Shown one piece after another: positions 1 through 10,203 of a stretch of DNA of 64,000 nucleotides (the first letter of the stretch is position 1; each line of letters starts with the position of its first letter). Made by a program: the position numbers and the translations under genes. The notes beneath the pieces are model-generated. The model saw only the letters and a program-made list of their open reading frames with translations. It had not been told where the DNA came from and did no database searches. The DNA comes from Fistulifera solaris (lineage: Eukaryota), in NCBI GenBank assembly GCA_030295235.1, contig AP026125.1:186001-250000 (forward strand), read 5' to 3'.

Positions 1-2176
1 TGATACAGGCTGTGATCGAATCATACACCAGCGAGATATAGCGAAGCATTTGACACGACAGCTCCGTAAAGTAAGGTTGCCAAGAAAATTGAAACACGGG
101 ACGAGGAAATACTAAGCTGCCAATCGAGCGCAGTCCATCGAGGACCCAGCACACTAACATGTGCCCCAAATGAAAGATCCATCCCCACAGCTCGCTCAGA
201 AATACAAAGGGAGATCGGCGACGCGCATTCTGTTCCAATTGCAGAATTCGAGCTTCTTGGTCACGTCGTATGGATTCCATTTCGACCATCAGTTCCATCA
301 CAACGCGTTGGTAACATATGATGGACTCTTTCGCATACATATCATGGATCGACACGCTCGCTTGCAAAGCTTTAATTTCGTCCGTGAGTTTCTTGAAAAT
401 GGGTTCCATGGGGCTATTGACCTGAGCGTTTCCGTTACTCGCCGACCCGGCAATTTTGGAATTGGCAAATTTTGTCTTAAAGTTGGGAAAATCGAGATCG
501 AGGAGGCATCGGGAACTGGGCAGTCTCTCTAAAGCCTTGGCAAAGGCCAGTCCTGTTTCGACAAAATAATCCGCTTTTTCCGGTACTATTTCTGTAGACA
601 GCACGGCATCAGCAACTTCGTGTTTCAATCCATATTTCTCGTGTGGTTCCGTGCCTTGTACTGTTTCCTCAAGGTCTTCCTTTCTTGCTTCGTGTATCAC
701 AGGTTTTACAGTCTGTCTTTCATTTGGTGCTCGTTCACTATGCATTTTCTCAGGAACCATAGCTTTCGTTTCATCATTCGTATCCTTTACCACAATATGC
801 CGAACTTTTTTCTGCGGTTCAACGCCCATATTTGCCAGCAGCTTGCGTATGTTTGTGACACAAGGTGCATCACTTCGTTCCACCAAACTCCACTCTCCTT
901 TCTTCATCGTTTGTGGACTGGCGGCTGCTTTGCACGTGGGTTGTTCAGGTAACAAGCGACGACGTTGTAAGAGCGAATACTTTGGCGATGCGTTCGTACG
1001 AATCTTCACCCGCGACAAGAGAAAGATTGAAGCGACAGGAACGGCGGAGGGAGCGTTGAAGGATGACGCTGCAACGCCCGCGAAATCCAACGCCACCGGA
1101 CACGGAGCATTACTACTCAAAGGTAAAACGCAAGCCGTAATTGGATCCAAATCACTCGTCTCGGGTATCTCCGACGCGTCAACAATCTTTTCATCTACAG
1201 TTTCCACGGATGCTTCCTGATTCGTTTCTTCCCACTGTTCATGAAATCCCTGCAGCATCGTACTTCCGTGCACACTGATTTGGCTGACGGTGCAATAATA
1301 TTCGTTGCCGTAATGCGTCAAAAACTGAAATTTGAGATAGCGTGCCCAGGCGGGTTTCTGCAGTTCAAATGTCTGTTTACCATTGGTGGGCGATTTTCGT
1401 GAAGCCGTAAACGTCCCCAAATCCCTCCAGTTCCCCATGGTCATGGAACCTTGCACGCGGAATGTTTTCACATGACTGGAATATCGTTCGTAATTGGCCA
1501 AAACGACCTGTTTGACCAAAATATCTTCCGACAATCCAATGACGACGGATTTGTTGGGTTCTTCGCAAGGAACAATTGCGTATGCATCTTGATCGTTGGT
1601 CAATAAATTGGAAGTCCCTTGAAAATGCTCACTGCTTTCCAATACTAACGCACCGGCGGACTTGCTCGCATAATCGACTCGAAACAATTTGGCTTCTTCT
1701 TCGACGGGTTGGGGTGTCGGTAACGTGTCATCGATTGGTTGTTGTGTCTCATTCAAATGGGATATGGACTCGTTTCTTAAAAGCGTTGCATCCTCTTGTA
1801 TTATCTGCGGATCTTGCCGTGTATCTGAAGAATCGTCAGTAATATGACACCATTCCGTTTTATTATATACAAAAGTCCGTGGACAAGTGTCTTTTTCTAA
1901 AATTGTGGCGTGAAATAATTCAGAACCAAAAAAGTCATCCTGTAATAATCCGTAACTGTTCCTCCATAAATCATTCTTATCTTCAATAGCCAGAGGACTC
2001 GACCATAATTTTCGTAATTGCGCCGTTCCATTGCGTTTGCGATGCGCCCGACGCCGTATATCGAGCGGTTCCTCGTCGTCGTCGAGTATTCGCGAACGCA
2101 CATCATCTTGCGCTACCAGGGGTAATGCACTGGCCAACAGCCACGCTATTCTCCGTCCTCTCACGCGTGATCGCAT
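1..2176 (-). CDS. Mid-SUN domain protein (SUCO/SLP1-like), 3' end runs off the window
   Basis: Manual translation from ATG 2176 gives VDYASKSAGALVLES...AYAIVPCEEPNKSVVIGLSEDILVKQVVLANYERYSS...WARYLKFQFLTHYGNEYYCTVSQISVHG (SUN domain), then a coiled coil (IFKKLTDEIKALQ) and a hydrophobic segment. It is probably absent from the ORF track because there is no stop in the window. Confidence 0.9.
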   Translation of the reverse strand, partial: MRSRVRGRRIAWLLASALPLVAQDDVRSRILDDDEEPLDIRRRAHRKRNGTAQLRKLWSSPLAIEDKNDLWRNSYGLLQDDFFGSELFHATILEKDTCPRTFVYNKTEWCHITDDSSDTRQDPQIIQEDATLLRNESISHLNETQQPIDDTLPTPQPVEEEAKLFRVDYASKSAGALVLESSEHFQGTSNLLTNDQDAYAIVPCEEPNKSVVIGLSEDILVKQVVLANYERYSSHVKTFRVQGSMTMGNWRDLGTFTASRKSPTNGKQTFELQKPAWARYLKFQFLTHYGNEYYCTVSQISVHGSTMLQGFHEQWEETNQEASVETVDEKIVDASEIPETSDLDPITACVLPLSSNAPCPVALDFAGVAASSFNAPSAVPVASIFLLSRVKIRTNASPKYSLLQRRRLLPEQPTCKAAASPQTMKKGEWSLVERSDAPCVTNIRKLLANMGVEPQKKVRHIVVKDTNDETKAMVPEKMHSERAPNERQTVKPVIHEARKEDLEETVQGTEPHEKYGLKHEVADAVLSTEIVPEKADYFVETGLAFAKALERLPSSRCLLDLDFPNFKTKFANSKIAGSASNGNAQVNSPMEPIFKKLTDEIKALQASVSIHDMYAKESIICYQRVVMELMVEMESIRRDQEARILQLEQNARRRSPFVFLSELWGWIFHLGHMLVCWVLDGLRSIGSLVFPRPVFQFSWQPYFTELSCQMLRYISLVYDSITACI

Positions 2177-2696
2177 CAATACTTTTGTAGTTATGGTATG
2201 AATAAGACAGCCTTTTTGTGATACAATGGCCGCAACGTTTATTGTTTGTTCTGTTATTTGACAGCAATGGGATGGTGATTGACATGGGAAACGTGTGGAA
2301 GAAAAAAATAAACGAGACAAGGCCGCTATACGATTGACGTGTACTGCGGTCCTACTCTGCATGGGACACTTCCACCCCACCGAACAGAACCATGAAGAAC
2401 TTCCGTCCGTCCGCTTCTTCCACGCGTCATTCGTTCGTACGTCATCGAAGGAACAACGTCAGTCCCGCGGAATTTCTGCTTTCGGAGAACGCGTTTTACA
2501 AAATTCCAATGGGGATGGGGTGTGTCCTCCCCGTTTTTCTGCGTCGAGGACAAAACATTGAGAATAATTACAACAAACACCATGACAAAGAAAATAAATA
2601 CAACGCAACCATGCCAAAAGAGTCCATCTATCGACGTTATTGAATTGCAATAGACAGTGGAACGAGGAAGATTCATTCGTAGTTACAGTTTCGAAG

Positions 2697-3122
2697 ATGC
2701 ATTCGAGGAAACACCATTTCTTATTAGTTGCTGCTCTTTGCTGGATGCTTCCGACAATCCTGGCTTGGACCGATAATACTAGCATCCGGAATCAGCAGTT
2801 TCTTCGATTTAAATACGTTCCACAGTGGCTGGGTCCATGCTCTTTGTCAATTCTAGTCCTGGGTCCGGTTCCATCCGCCGAGGCGGTACTTCCCAGTCCG
2901 CCACCACAATACACCATACAGCAGCAACAGAAGCGACACAGTCCTAAGCTCATACGGCAACTGGAAAACCTGGAAGATGATCGACTAGTACAATGTCGTG
3001 ACAAAGGATCGAAATGGGAACAATGTTTCTTTTACGGAACCGATACGGTGGGAAGCAATCGACGGGGCGAATTTCTTCGATCACGGCCGTCTTCTCTGAA
3101 GAATGGTCCGCTAACTTGGTAA
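2697..3122 (+). CDS. Small hypothetical protein with signal peptide
   Basis: Hydrophobic N-terminus (FLLVAALCWMLPTILAW) and a C-terminal CxxxGxxWEQCFFYG motif. Divergent from the SUN gene. Confidence 0.55.
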   Translation: MHSRKHHFLLVAALCWMLPTILAWTDNTSIRNQQFLRFKYVPQWLGPCSLSILVLGPVPSAEAVLPSPPPQYTIQQQQKRHSPKLIRQLENLEDDRLVQCRDKGSKWEQCFFYGTDTVGSNRRGEFLRSRPSSLKNGPLTW

Positions 3123-3625
3123 TCATTGAAAATTAGTTGCTACGCATAGAAATAGCATTTTCATTATTGTCTTCCGGTATTAGATTGACGGGTGTCGTCG
3201 AGTCGCTTGGTCGTCTCAAACAAGTACCCTAGTTTTTTTCACCCACATTGATATCATCATCATCCAAAACGACTTTTCTCTCCAAAGAAATACTTGTATG
3301 ATATTGAACGGTCGTTAGCGCCATAACGACGATGTAATGCTAAACCGAAGTTAAAAACCCACGTTGTTGTTTCGGGGATCTCTCTAGTCTAAGGCTTGGT
3401 AAGATTCAGCGCAGCCCCCGCCCCGCCCCGTATAAACATGCCCGACGTCAGACCTGCGCACGTTGTTTTTATTTTTTTGCAACGGCTCTTCTCGCGTTCT
3501 TCAAACGCATCACAAAAGAGCGACATGCGGGAGGAGAAAAACACAACGAACGAGTGAATAATACATTATTCTCAGATATCTAACGACGTATCAATTGATT
3601 GAAATAAGAAAAAAACTAGGCGATC

Positions 3626-4361
3626 ATGTTTATGCCGGGGCGGAATGCCGAGGAAGAACGACAAGCGCTGCAAAAGGAATATCGTCGCGTCGAAAGCATT
3701 TGTCTCGAATTGTTGCCGGCGGACCCAACCTTGCGTGAAGCTTGTACGATTTCGGTGCAAGAAGTGCAATGCGGAGATCCGGATTGTGCTCCCATTGATA
3801 CAATAGTCACTATGATGTTTCCCAGGTGAGTTGTGGTAGCGATATTTTTTCGCAAAATAGTCCTTGCTGGAAGTCATGAGAGCCTTTCCTCGTGGCTTTC
3901 GAGCGTTGACGATGCTACCGCCGTCCCGGAACGTCTCACATGCTTTCTTTCGTTGCAGTGGCGGACAAGGATTTTTCTCTTTACCTATGGAATGTAAAGA
4001 GGCGACGCTAGAACATTTAGAGAAGGCCTTTCCTCCACCGGAAATTGTGACCAAATGGTTTGAGGGGATCGATACGGAAGGAGAATGGCCACCCGAACCC
4101 GAACCTCCAGCATTGCGATTTCCCGTTGGAGCCTTTGTATTGTGCCGCGTCGGACCGACCGATTGGGCACCGGGAACGGTGATACAACACTGGTATCGCG
4201 AAGCCAATTGGCAGCCTGGCATGTTTGCTCCTTACAAAATTCGTCTAGAGGATGGTCGAGACATTTTTGCACCACAAGATATGGACCCGGTGATTCGTTT
4301 GAATCCTAACAAACCACAACAAGTTCAAGTGGATCCAGTGGAAACCTTATGGAGCGAGTGA
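3626..4361 (+). CDS. Two-exon hypothetical protein with C-terminal SH3/Tudor-like beta domain
   Basis: Intron 3826-3958 (GTGAG...TTGCAG) joins the two ORFs in frame. N-terminal part has CGDPDCAPIDT; C-terminal part has LRFPVGAFVLCRVG...WAPGTV..HWYRE...PYKIRLEDG..IFAPQD..IR. Confidence 0.75.
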
Positions 4362-4527
4362 ATGGAGGCGATGTGATGTAGCAAAATCGATTCGTTTATA
4401 GAGAAAAGTATCCTTAGAGAATGCGTAACAAAAGAAGGGATTCAAATTTAGCATCTAATAACAAAATGTTTTCAATTTTGTTTACAATTGTCGAGATCGC
4501 GAAAAGCAAGAGGTGTGAACTCGACTA

Positions 4528-6605
4528 TCATTTATTTTTGTTCGAGGTACCTTGACTTCCCAAGCCGAGTAGAGCCGCCAATTGAAGTTGCTCAATGCTA
4601 AGGTTCCCCGCTCCCATCATCTGGTTTTGGAGAGCCAACAGTCCCTGCGCAGTCGGATCTGGAGCTTGCTGTCGCTGAAGCTGAGAAAAAATATCCACGC
4701 TTTGACTTGACATGCTTTGTCCAGGTAAAGACTGCGGCTGACCGAGAAGAGCTTGGAGTTGGGCAATTTGGCTACCAAGCTGTTGCTGCTGGGTTACCAT
4801 GTCTTGGGCAGCAAGTCGGTTTGGTTGATTCAGTTGCTGCCCTATCAATGGGGCCGCATTCGTCGGGAGCTGACTATTGGGCTGGATTTGACCGAGAAGC
4901 GATGCTATTGTAGCAGGAAGACCATTCGAGGCCTGAGTGCTACTTTGACCAGCTTGTGGGGAGCGACTCGCTGGAGCGGGTGGCGAACGCAACTGCGAAT
5001 CAGTCGGCAGTGGCCGCGACGAAACACCAGCTGTAGAAGACCCTACCCCACTGTCGCCGCTTGCTCGCTGGTTTTGAAGAAGCGTAGCTAGATTAGCTAG
5101 GGCACTTGGACCGTCACCGAGAAGAGAATTGATGTCGATATGAGAAGGGAGCTGAGCACCAGTGTTGATGTTTGTTAATTCGCTATGGCGCCTTGCTTCG
5201 CCCGACGGCGCTGCCACAGCAGAACGCAAGCTACCATTCTTACCTCCATTCGCATCTTGCAATCGAGGAGGAGCGCTTGCTGCAGCAGCCTGGGGTAAGG
5301 CAGAGCTACCAAGCAAGGTTCCTTGCAGTTGCTGGAGTAGAGCCGCAGCGGTCGGCTGACCATTGAGCTGCTGCAGGTCAGGTGCAGACGCCGGTGCCGC
5401 AGATTGCACGGGAGCTTGAGCAGCAGGCTTGAAAAGCTGCTGTCCCTTCTGTTGTAAAAGAAGCGTTAAAATGTCCGGACCGCCTGCGCCTGCCGCTTTA
5501 CTAGTAGAGGTGCTGCCCGTAAGGTGCTGTAGTCCTTGCAAGCTATTACTAGGTGCTGCTGAGGATTGTCTTGTAGGAGATGCATTGCTTCCATTTTGCA
5601 ATAGTACGGCCAAAAGATCAACGATGCTACCTGTCGGGGAAGCAGAAACGCCTGGTTGCTGCTGGGCTGTCAATAAAGACAAAATCGATGCTAAAGGATC
5701 AGATCCCTTTGGCTGCGCCAACGCCGGTGCAAGTCCTTCAGTCACTAGGGATGATAAGCGCTGCATAATTTCGTTACGGCGAAGTTCAAGCGCTTGAAGA
5801 ACTAATCCTCCTAAGACATCTGCACTGCTCCCGTTATGCCCGACAGAGGGCACTGCAGCAGCTGGTGCATTTCTGAGAAGAGAAGACAAATCTCCTGCAT
5901 TCCCGATCGCGAATCCATTTCCCCTTGCCCGTTCACAACTCGCGAAGCCGCTCCTGTGTTTGCTTCGAAACCACTATGGGCTTGAACATCGTCGTTGTCT
6001 TCCGGTAGAGGATTTTGTCTTGAAAGAGCATAAAAGTCGGGAACAGGGGCATCTGCATTTTCTTCATTCTTCTTCTCGTCTTTCCCAGACAAACGCTTCA
6101 TTTTCTCACAGAGACGAGGGAGCCCTCTGAGAAACAGTTCGTGATAATAAGAATTGTAGTCGGGACCGTGAGCGATGCGCTTGAATCCCCATCCATTCAC
6201 CTGCCGAGCGAACGAAGAATAGCGACCATGTCGAAAGTAAAGAGGGATTACTTTTTCTTCGAAGGCTTTGTGCTGAAGAATACGAAAGGCTCGTCCGTGT
6301 GGCAACCATGACACGATATTCGAGAACTCGGGATTCGATAAGATAGCGTGCAGCTTCATCGGAAATGTCTGAACGGACTCTCTTGTGTCATCTGTTGACA
6401 GGAGCATCGCTTTATCTCTCGAGTAGTCATGATAAATGGCTTGCGAATCCTCGCCCATGGTTTTGGAGTCATGATTACCGGGGCTTGGAATCTTCCTCGC
6501 CTTTTCCGCATTACTTCCGGATGCAGATCCACTAGAGGACGCGGAGTCTGTATCCGACTGCTCCGTTATGCTGCTAGACTTGCTCGGTTTGCCTTGTTCT
6601 GACAT
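4528..6605 (-). CDS. HSF: Heat shock transcription factor (HSF DNA-binding domain plus Q/L/A-rich tail), one frameshift
   Basis: FPMKLHAIL...IVSWLPHGRAF...YFRHGRYSSFARQVNGWGFKR...YYHELFLRG. One extra G in the run at 5921-5924 joins ORFs 5811..6851 and 4528..5889. Confidence 0.9.
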
Positions 6606-7146
6606 GTTTAAAAGATCAGTTTGATTAGAAAGTGCGGAGTAAATAAACAGAATTCGTCCTGTTGCTGTTTCATCGCTCGAGAAATAAAGCGTGCAACTGA
6701 GAAAACGAAACTGTCCGTTTTCTATCCTGTGGAAATCACGTATAAATTGTACCAGTAGATCTGAACCATGAATTACGCAGTTCTTCGCATCTGCTCTTTT
6801 CACAGCTAAAACATGACGTATGCAGAAAATCGTACACAATGCCAGACACAAGGATGATTGCTTCTGACGAGAATCAAGAAGGGCTGCGTCAGAAAGGCCT
6901 ATTGATGTTGAATTTGAAATTTGATGCTTTTCTTCGAGAGAGAATGCTCACACCTCACACGCACCGTACGTGCTTCTTACGTCTATTCATTCTTCAATTT
7001 CGCCGAGAAACAGAAATGCGTTTCCGATTTCCGGTTTCTGTTTTTCTGATTTCTCGAACGTTGTACGTTGCACGTTGTTCGACCTACTGTACTTCGCACT
7101 TCGCACTTGTCACATGTGACATCCTTGGCATGTGGCACAACAAACA

Positions 7147-7630
7147 GGACTAATGTCTTAGGCCTAAAGACTATAGTCTTTAGCTTAGGCCAGCACTAAA
7201 ATTTCCACAGGGCCCCATACCAGCACTTTTAGCAAAAATTACGGGCATCGACTCGCGAATGATCATAATTCCAACAATATAAACGCGATTCATGAAGTTC
7301 CATTAGCTATTAGCAGAGAGACGTCTAATTGACAGCAAATACTATTAATCGGTCGAAAACTCTAAGTATTGGTGATTTGGTTGCTCTACAAACGTTGAAG
7401 GTCGAGAATTGACCGCTGGCCCTTTAGCTGAGTGCATCTCCGAATTCAAAGCAAAAATGTGAGAAAAACTTACCCCACGTTGTCTATTAGATCTCGCTTG
7501 AGGTGTAGATACTAAAATTGCGATCTTTTAATGATCCTGGTGTATTTATTAACCAAAGTAGCGTGGGGGGTCGAAAAGTGCTGGTATGGGGCCCTGTGGA
7601 AATTTTAGTGCTGGCCTAAGACATTAGTCC
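7147..7630. mobile_element. Non-autonomous Mutator-like element (MITE)
   Basis: Perfect 57-bp TIRs: 7574-7630, and 7147-7230 after removing a 27-nt insertion. Both start GGAC. The element is flanked by the 9-bp direct repeat CAACAAACA (7138-7146, 7631-7639). Confidence 0.9.
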
Positions 7631-8654
7631 CAACAAACAACTGACGCGTAAGTTCGTGACCCACGTTGTTGCGAGGAGGAGTCGCGACGGCAGGAAGCTA
7701 GCTAGGAACATAAGCTGATTTACACACCAACCTTCGTTTACGATAGATACACAACTTGAAGCATTTCTCTGATCCTTGAACTGTTGAAAGATGTTATCTA
7801 AATCTGTTAGAACACTTATTGTTGTAACGGTATAGCGCTGGAAAGCTTACTTCTTGAGAACTAGTTGGAGTTGTTTTCGGCGTTCCCTGGGTTTGTGTCC
7901 CGGCTTTCAACATGAAATATAAACAGATAGCGCAACCGCATAGATTTTATTCATACAATGCGGTGCCATTTCCTAGGCGCCATGCCCATTACTTTCGAGA
8001 TAATTTACCTTTAGGTGACACAGACGTTATGTTACGCTTCCGATACTTCAAATCACACTATTCTTTATCCATTCATTGACGATGAATGGATAGCCTGGAA
8101 GCGAATGGCTCATAGAAACAAATTTTGGTTGACGAGGGAACTCTGTAAAGAAGTTCCGGTTGGCGTGAAGGGTGGAATCCTTTCGAAGCACTTAAAGTTT
8201 CGATCACGTCGATTCTTATTGTTCATAGTCGAGCAATATCACTCACTAGTTAAAAAGGCTTAGCTTCTGTATTATAACTCAGCATGAAGATAGGAGAGAT
8301 TGTGTGATCTATCAATCCCGTTTCTTGTCTCGTGATTTACGAGACTCCAATCCTTTGATGTCCTGTTCCCAAACCTAACAAACATTTTTTATGTGTAGAT
8401 TCGATTTGCTGTAACGACTTAGAAGTGTTTCACAACCTGAGTGTCTGCTATTACTTTTTATCCTAACCTATTTTTACTTTTACCACATATATTTTGAATG
8501 GATCGCTTATCGGTCCACAAGATAGCAGACCAAGAATGATCACGGGGCTATATACAAAGTGCCCGCCTTTTGCGTGTTAACACAAATAGTACAAGAACGT
8601 ACGCAAAGGAAATGGTCATTGCGATAGAGGAGTGCTGGAAACGGAAATCGACAG

Positions 8655-9260
8655 TCAATGCACAGGGTTACCACGGTCAAGTCCGACGCGTTCCTGTGTA
8701 GACGGTTCTTCTTGAACTAAATGCTGCAGATGAATCGGATGCACTAACTCTCCACTAACACTGCATATAAACATTCCATCATCTTCCGTGACCGTCCTCC
8801 AGTCCCAGCCTTCCGCAGCAAACTCGAGGGCATTGCGTTCGGCGTTTTCTTGCAGTTCATGGCGGTTGGACCAAATTCGTGACTTGATGCGGTCACTGTA
8901 CTCGTATCGAGTGGGAATAGGAACGACGTCGACTTCGTCTTGAAAAGCAATCTTCCGGCTCTTCCTTTCGTTCACCGTGGTTGTTGTACAGTCAATCTTC
9001 AAAGGCTCTTGAAACGACTGAACCCCACCAAGAGGAGGACGTGCAGCGCTACCATCTGGCGGAGATGGTTGATGAGAATATCCAACACCCATGCCGCGAA
9101 GGATTCGTAGTCGTCGATGCTGCGCCGCTGTCATAGGTTGTGCGGTGGAAGAGGGGGCATCGTAAATTCCCAGACGGTTCAATAGCTTCGATCTGATTTG
9201 CTGATCTTGCGAGGGCGTTCGCTGATGTCGCGGGGATAGTGATTTAGGAGGAGAGCTCAT
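8655..9260 (-). CDS. Diatom-type hypothetical protein with RVxF-like motif (KIAF...IP...Y...W...RN..EF..EGW)
   Basis: Clean 201-aa ORF. C-terminal motif order is shared with 34673..35257. Confidence 0.8.
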   Translation of the reverse strand: MSSPPKSLSPRHQRTPSQDQQIRSKLLNRLGIYDAPSSTAQPMTAAQHRRLRILRGMGVGYSHQPSPPDGSAARPPLGGVQSFQEPLKIDCTTTTVNERKSRKIAFQDEVDVVPIPTRYEYSDRIKSRIWSNRHELQENAERNALEFAAEGWDWRTVTEDDGMFICSVSGELVHPIHLQHLVQEEPSTQERVGLDRGNPVH

Positions 9261-10203
9261 ACGGTCTTTGGCGATGAAAGGTGATGTTGCAATGGTGTGT
9301 TGAGCTCACGTCCGGCTTTTTTTGTGAAAACGAAAGAGAGGAGAGCGGAAAGCTTCACGCTGCGCTGCCGCGGCAAAAACACCGCGGCAACCCGCGACGA
9401 TGGCCTCTTCAAAAAGAAGAAAAAAGTCGTCGTCGTCTCAAGAGTCTCGGACGAGCAATGGTTAATCTAACTGTTAAAGTACGCGTAGAATATGTACTCA
9501 CAATCACTGTACAACAAAAGGTGAAACGCAATCCACGAATGTACAAGAATGGTCTATACTTTGTGAAATCGCTATCATCCAAAAAGAAACACATTGGCTG
9601 CTCTATGGCATAGAGTGTACAAATGTATTTTCATGGTATGACGCTGCTTGCTGTTTCTCCATCGTTTCTTGTTCATTGTTGCCTTCTCGTCCGTTCTTCA
9701 ACAACAGCAAACATGTACGTCATCGTCCTCAAAAATCAATGTACATACAAGACCATAATGGTTTATATGAACCATTCGTGACTCGTGTCCCTACTCTAGC
9801 AGTTACAAGTTACAAATAGGGTGTCTGATGTCAGAACATTGAAGTTCCAGTGAGACGAGGAATACCGATGGTTTCTGTCCGAATAAAGGTAAATCTTTAG
9901 GGATTTTCCGACCTTTCTCCTTGTTCAAGTTATGACCGTAAAAGGTCAGGAATTATTACGTACAATAGAAAGGTATAGTCTACAAGCTTGTAAGAAAGCT
10001 CAAGGTTAAGGCTAGTTTTTTACGGTTGATGGGCAGATGGATGCGTTGCGCGCGTGGCGCGTGTCTCTTGCGAGCAACTTCTCGCTTCTCGCCCGTTGCC
10101 TATTCATGCGCCCATTCTCACCCTCAAAATGCTAAACAACGGATGATCTGAGATAGTAAATGATTACCAGGCTTTGCTGTGTAACATTATCACTATTAAA
10201 CGA

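Noticed and set aside
2326..2676. 116-aa minus-strand ORF with a hydrophobic stretch
   Set aside because: Lies in a divergent promoter region. The hydrophobicity is explained by A/C-rich sequence on the opposite strand, and no family motif is present.
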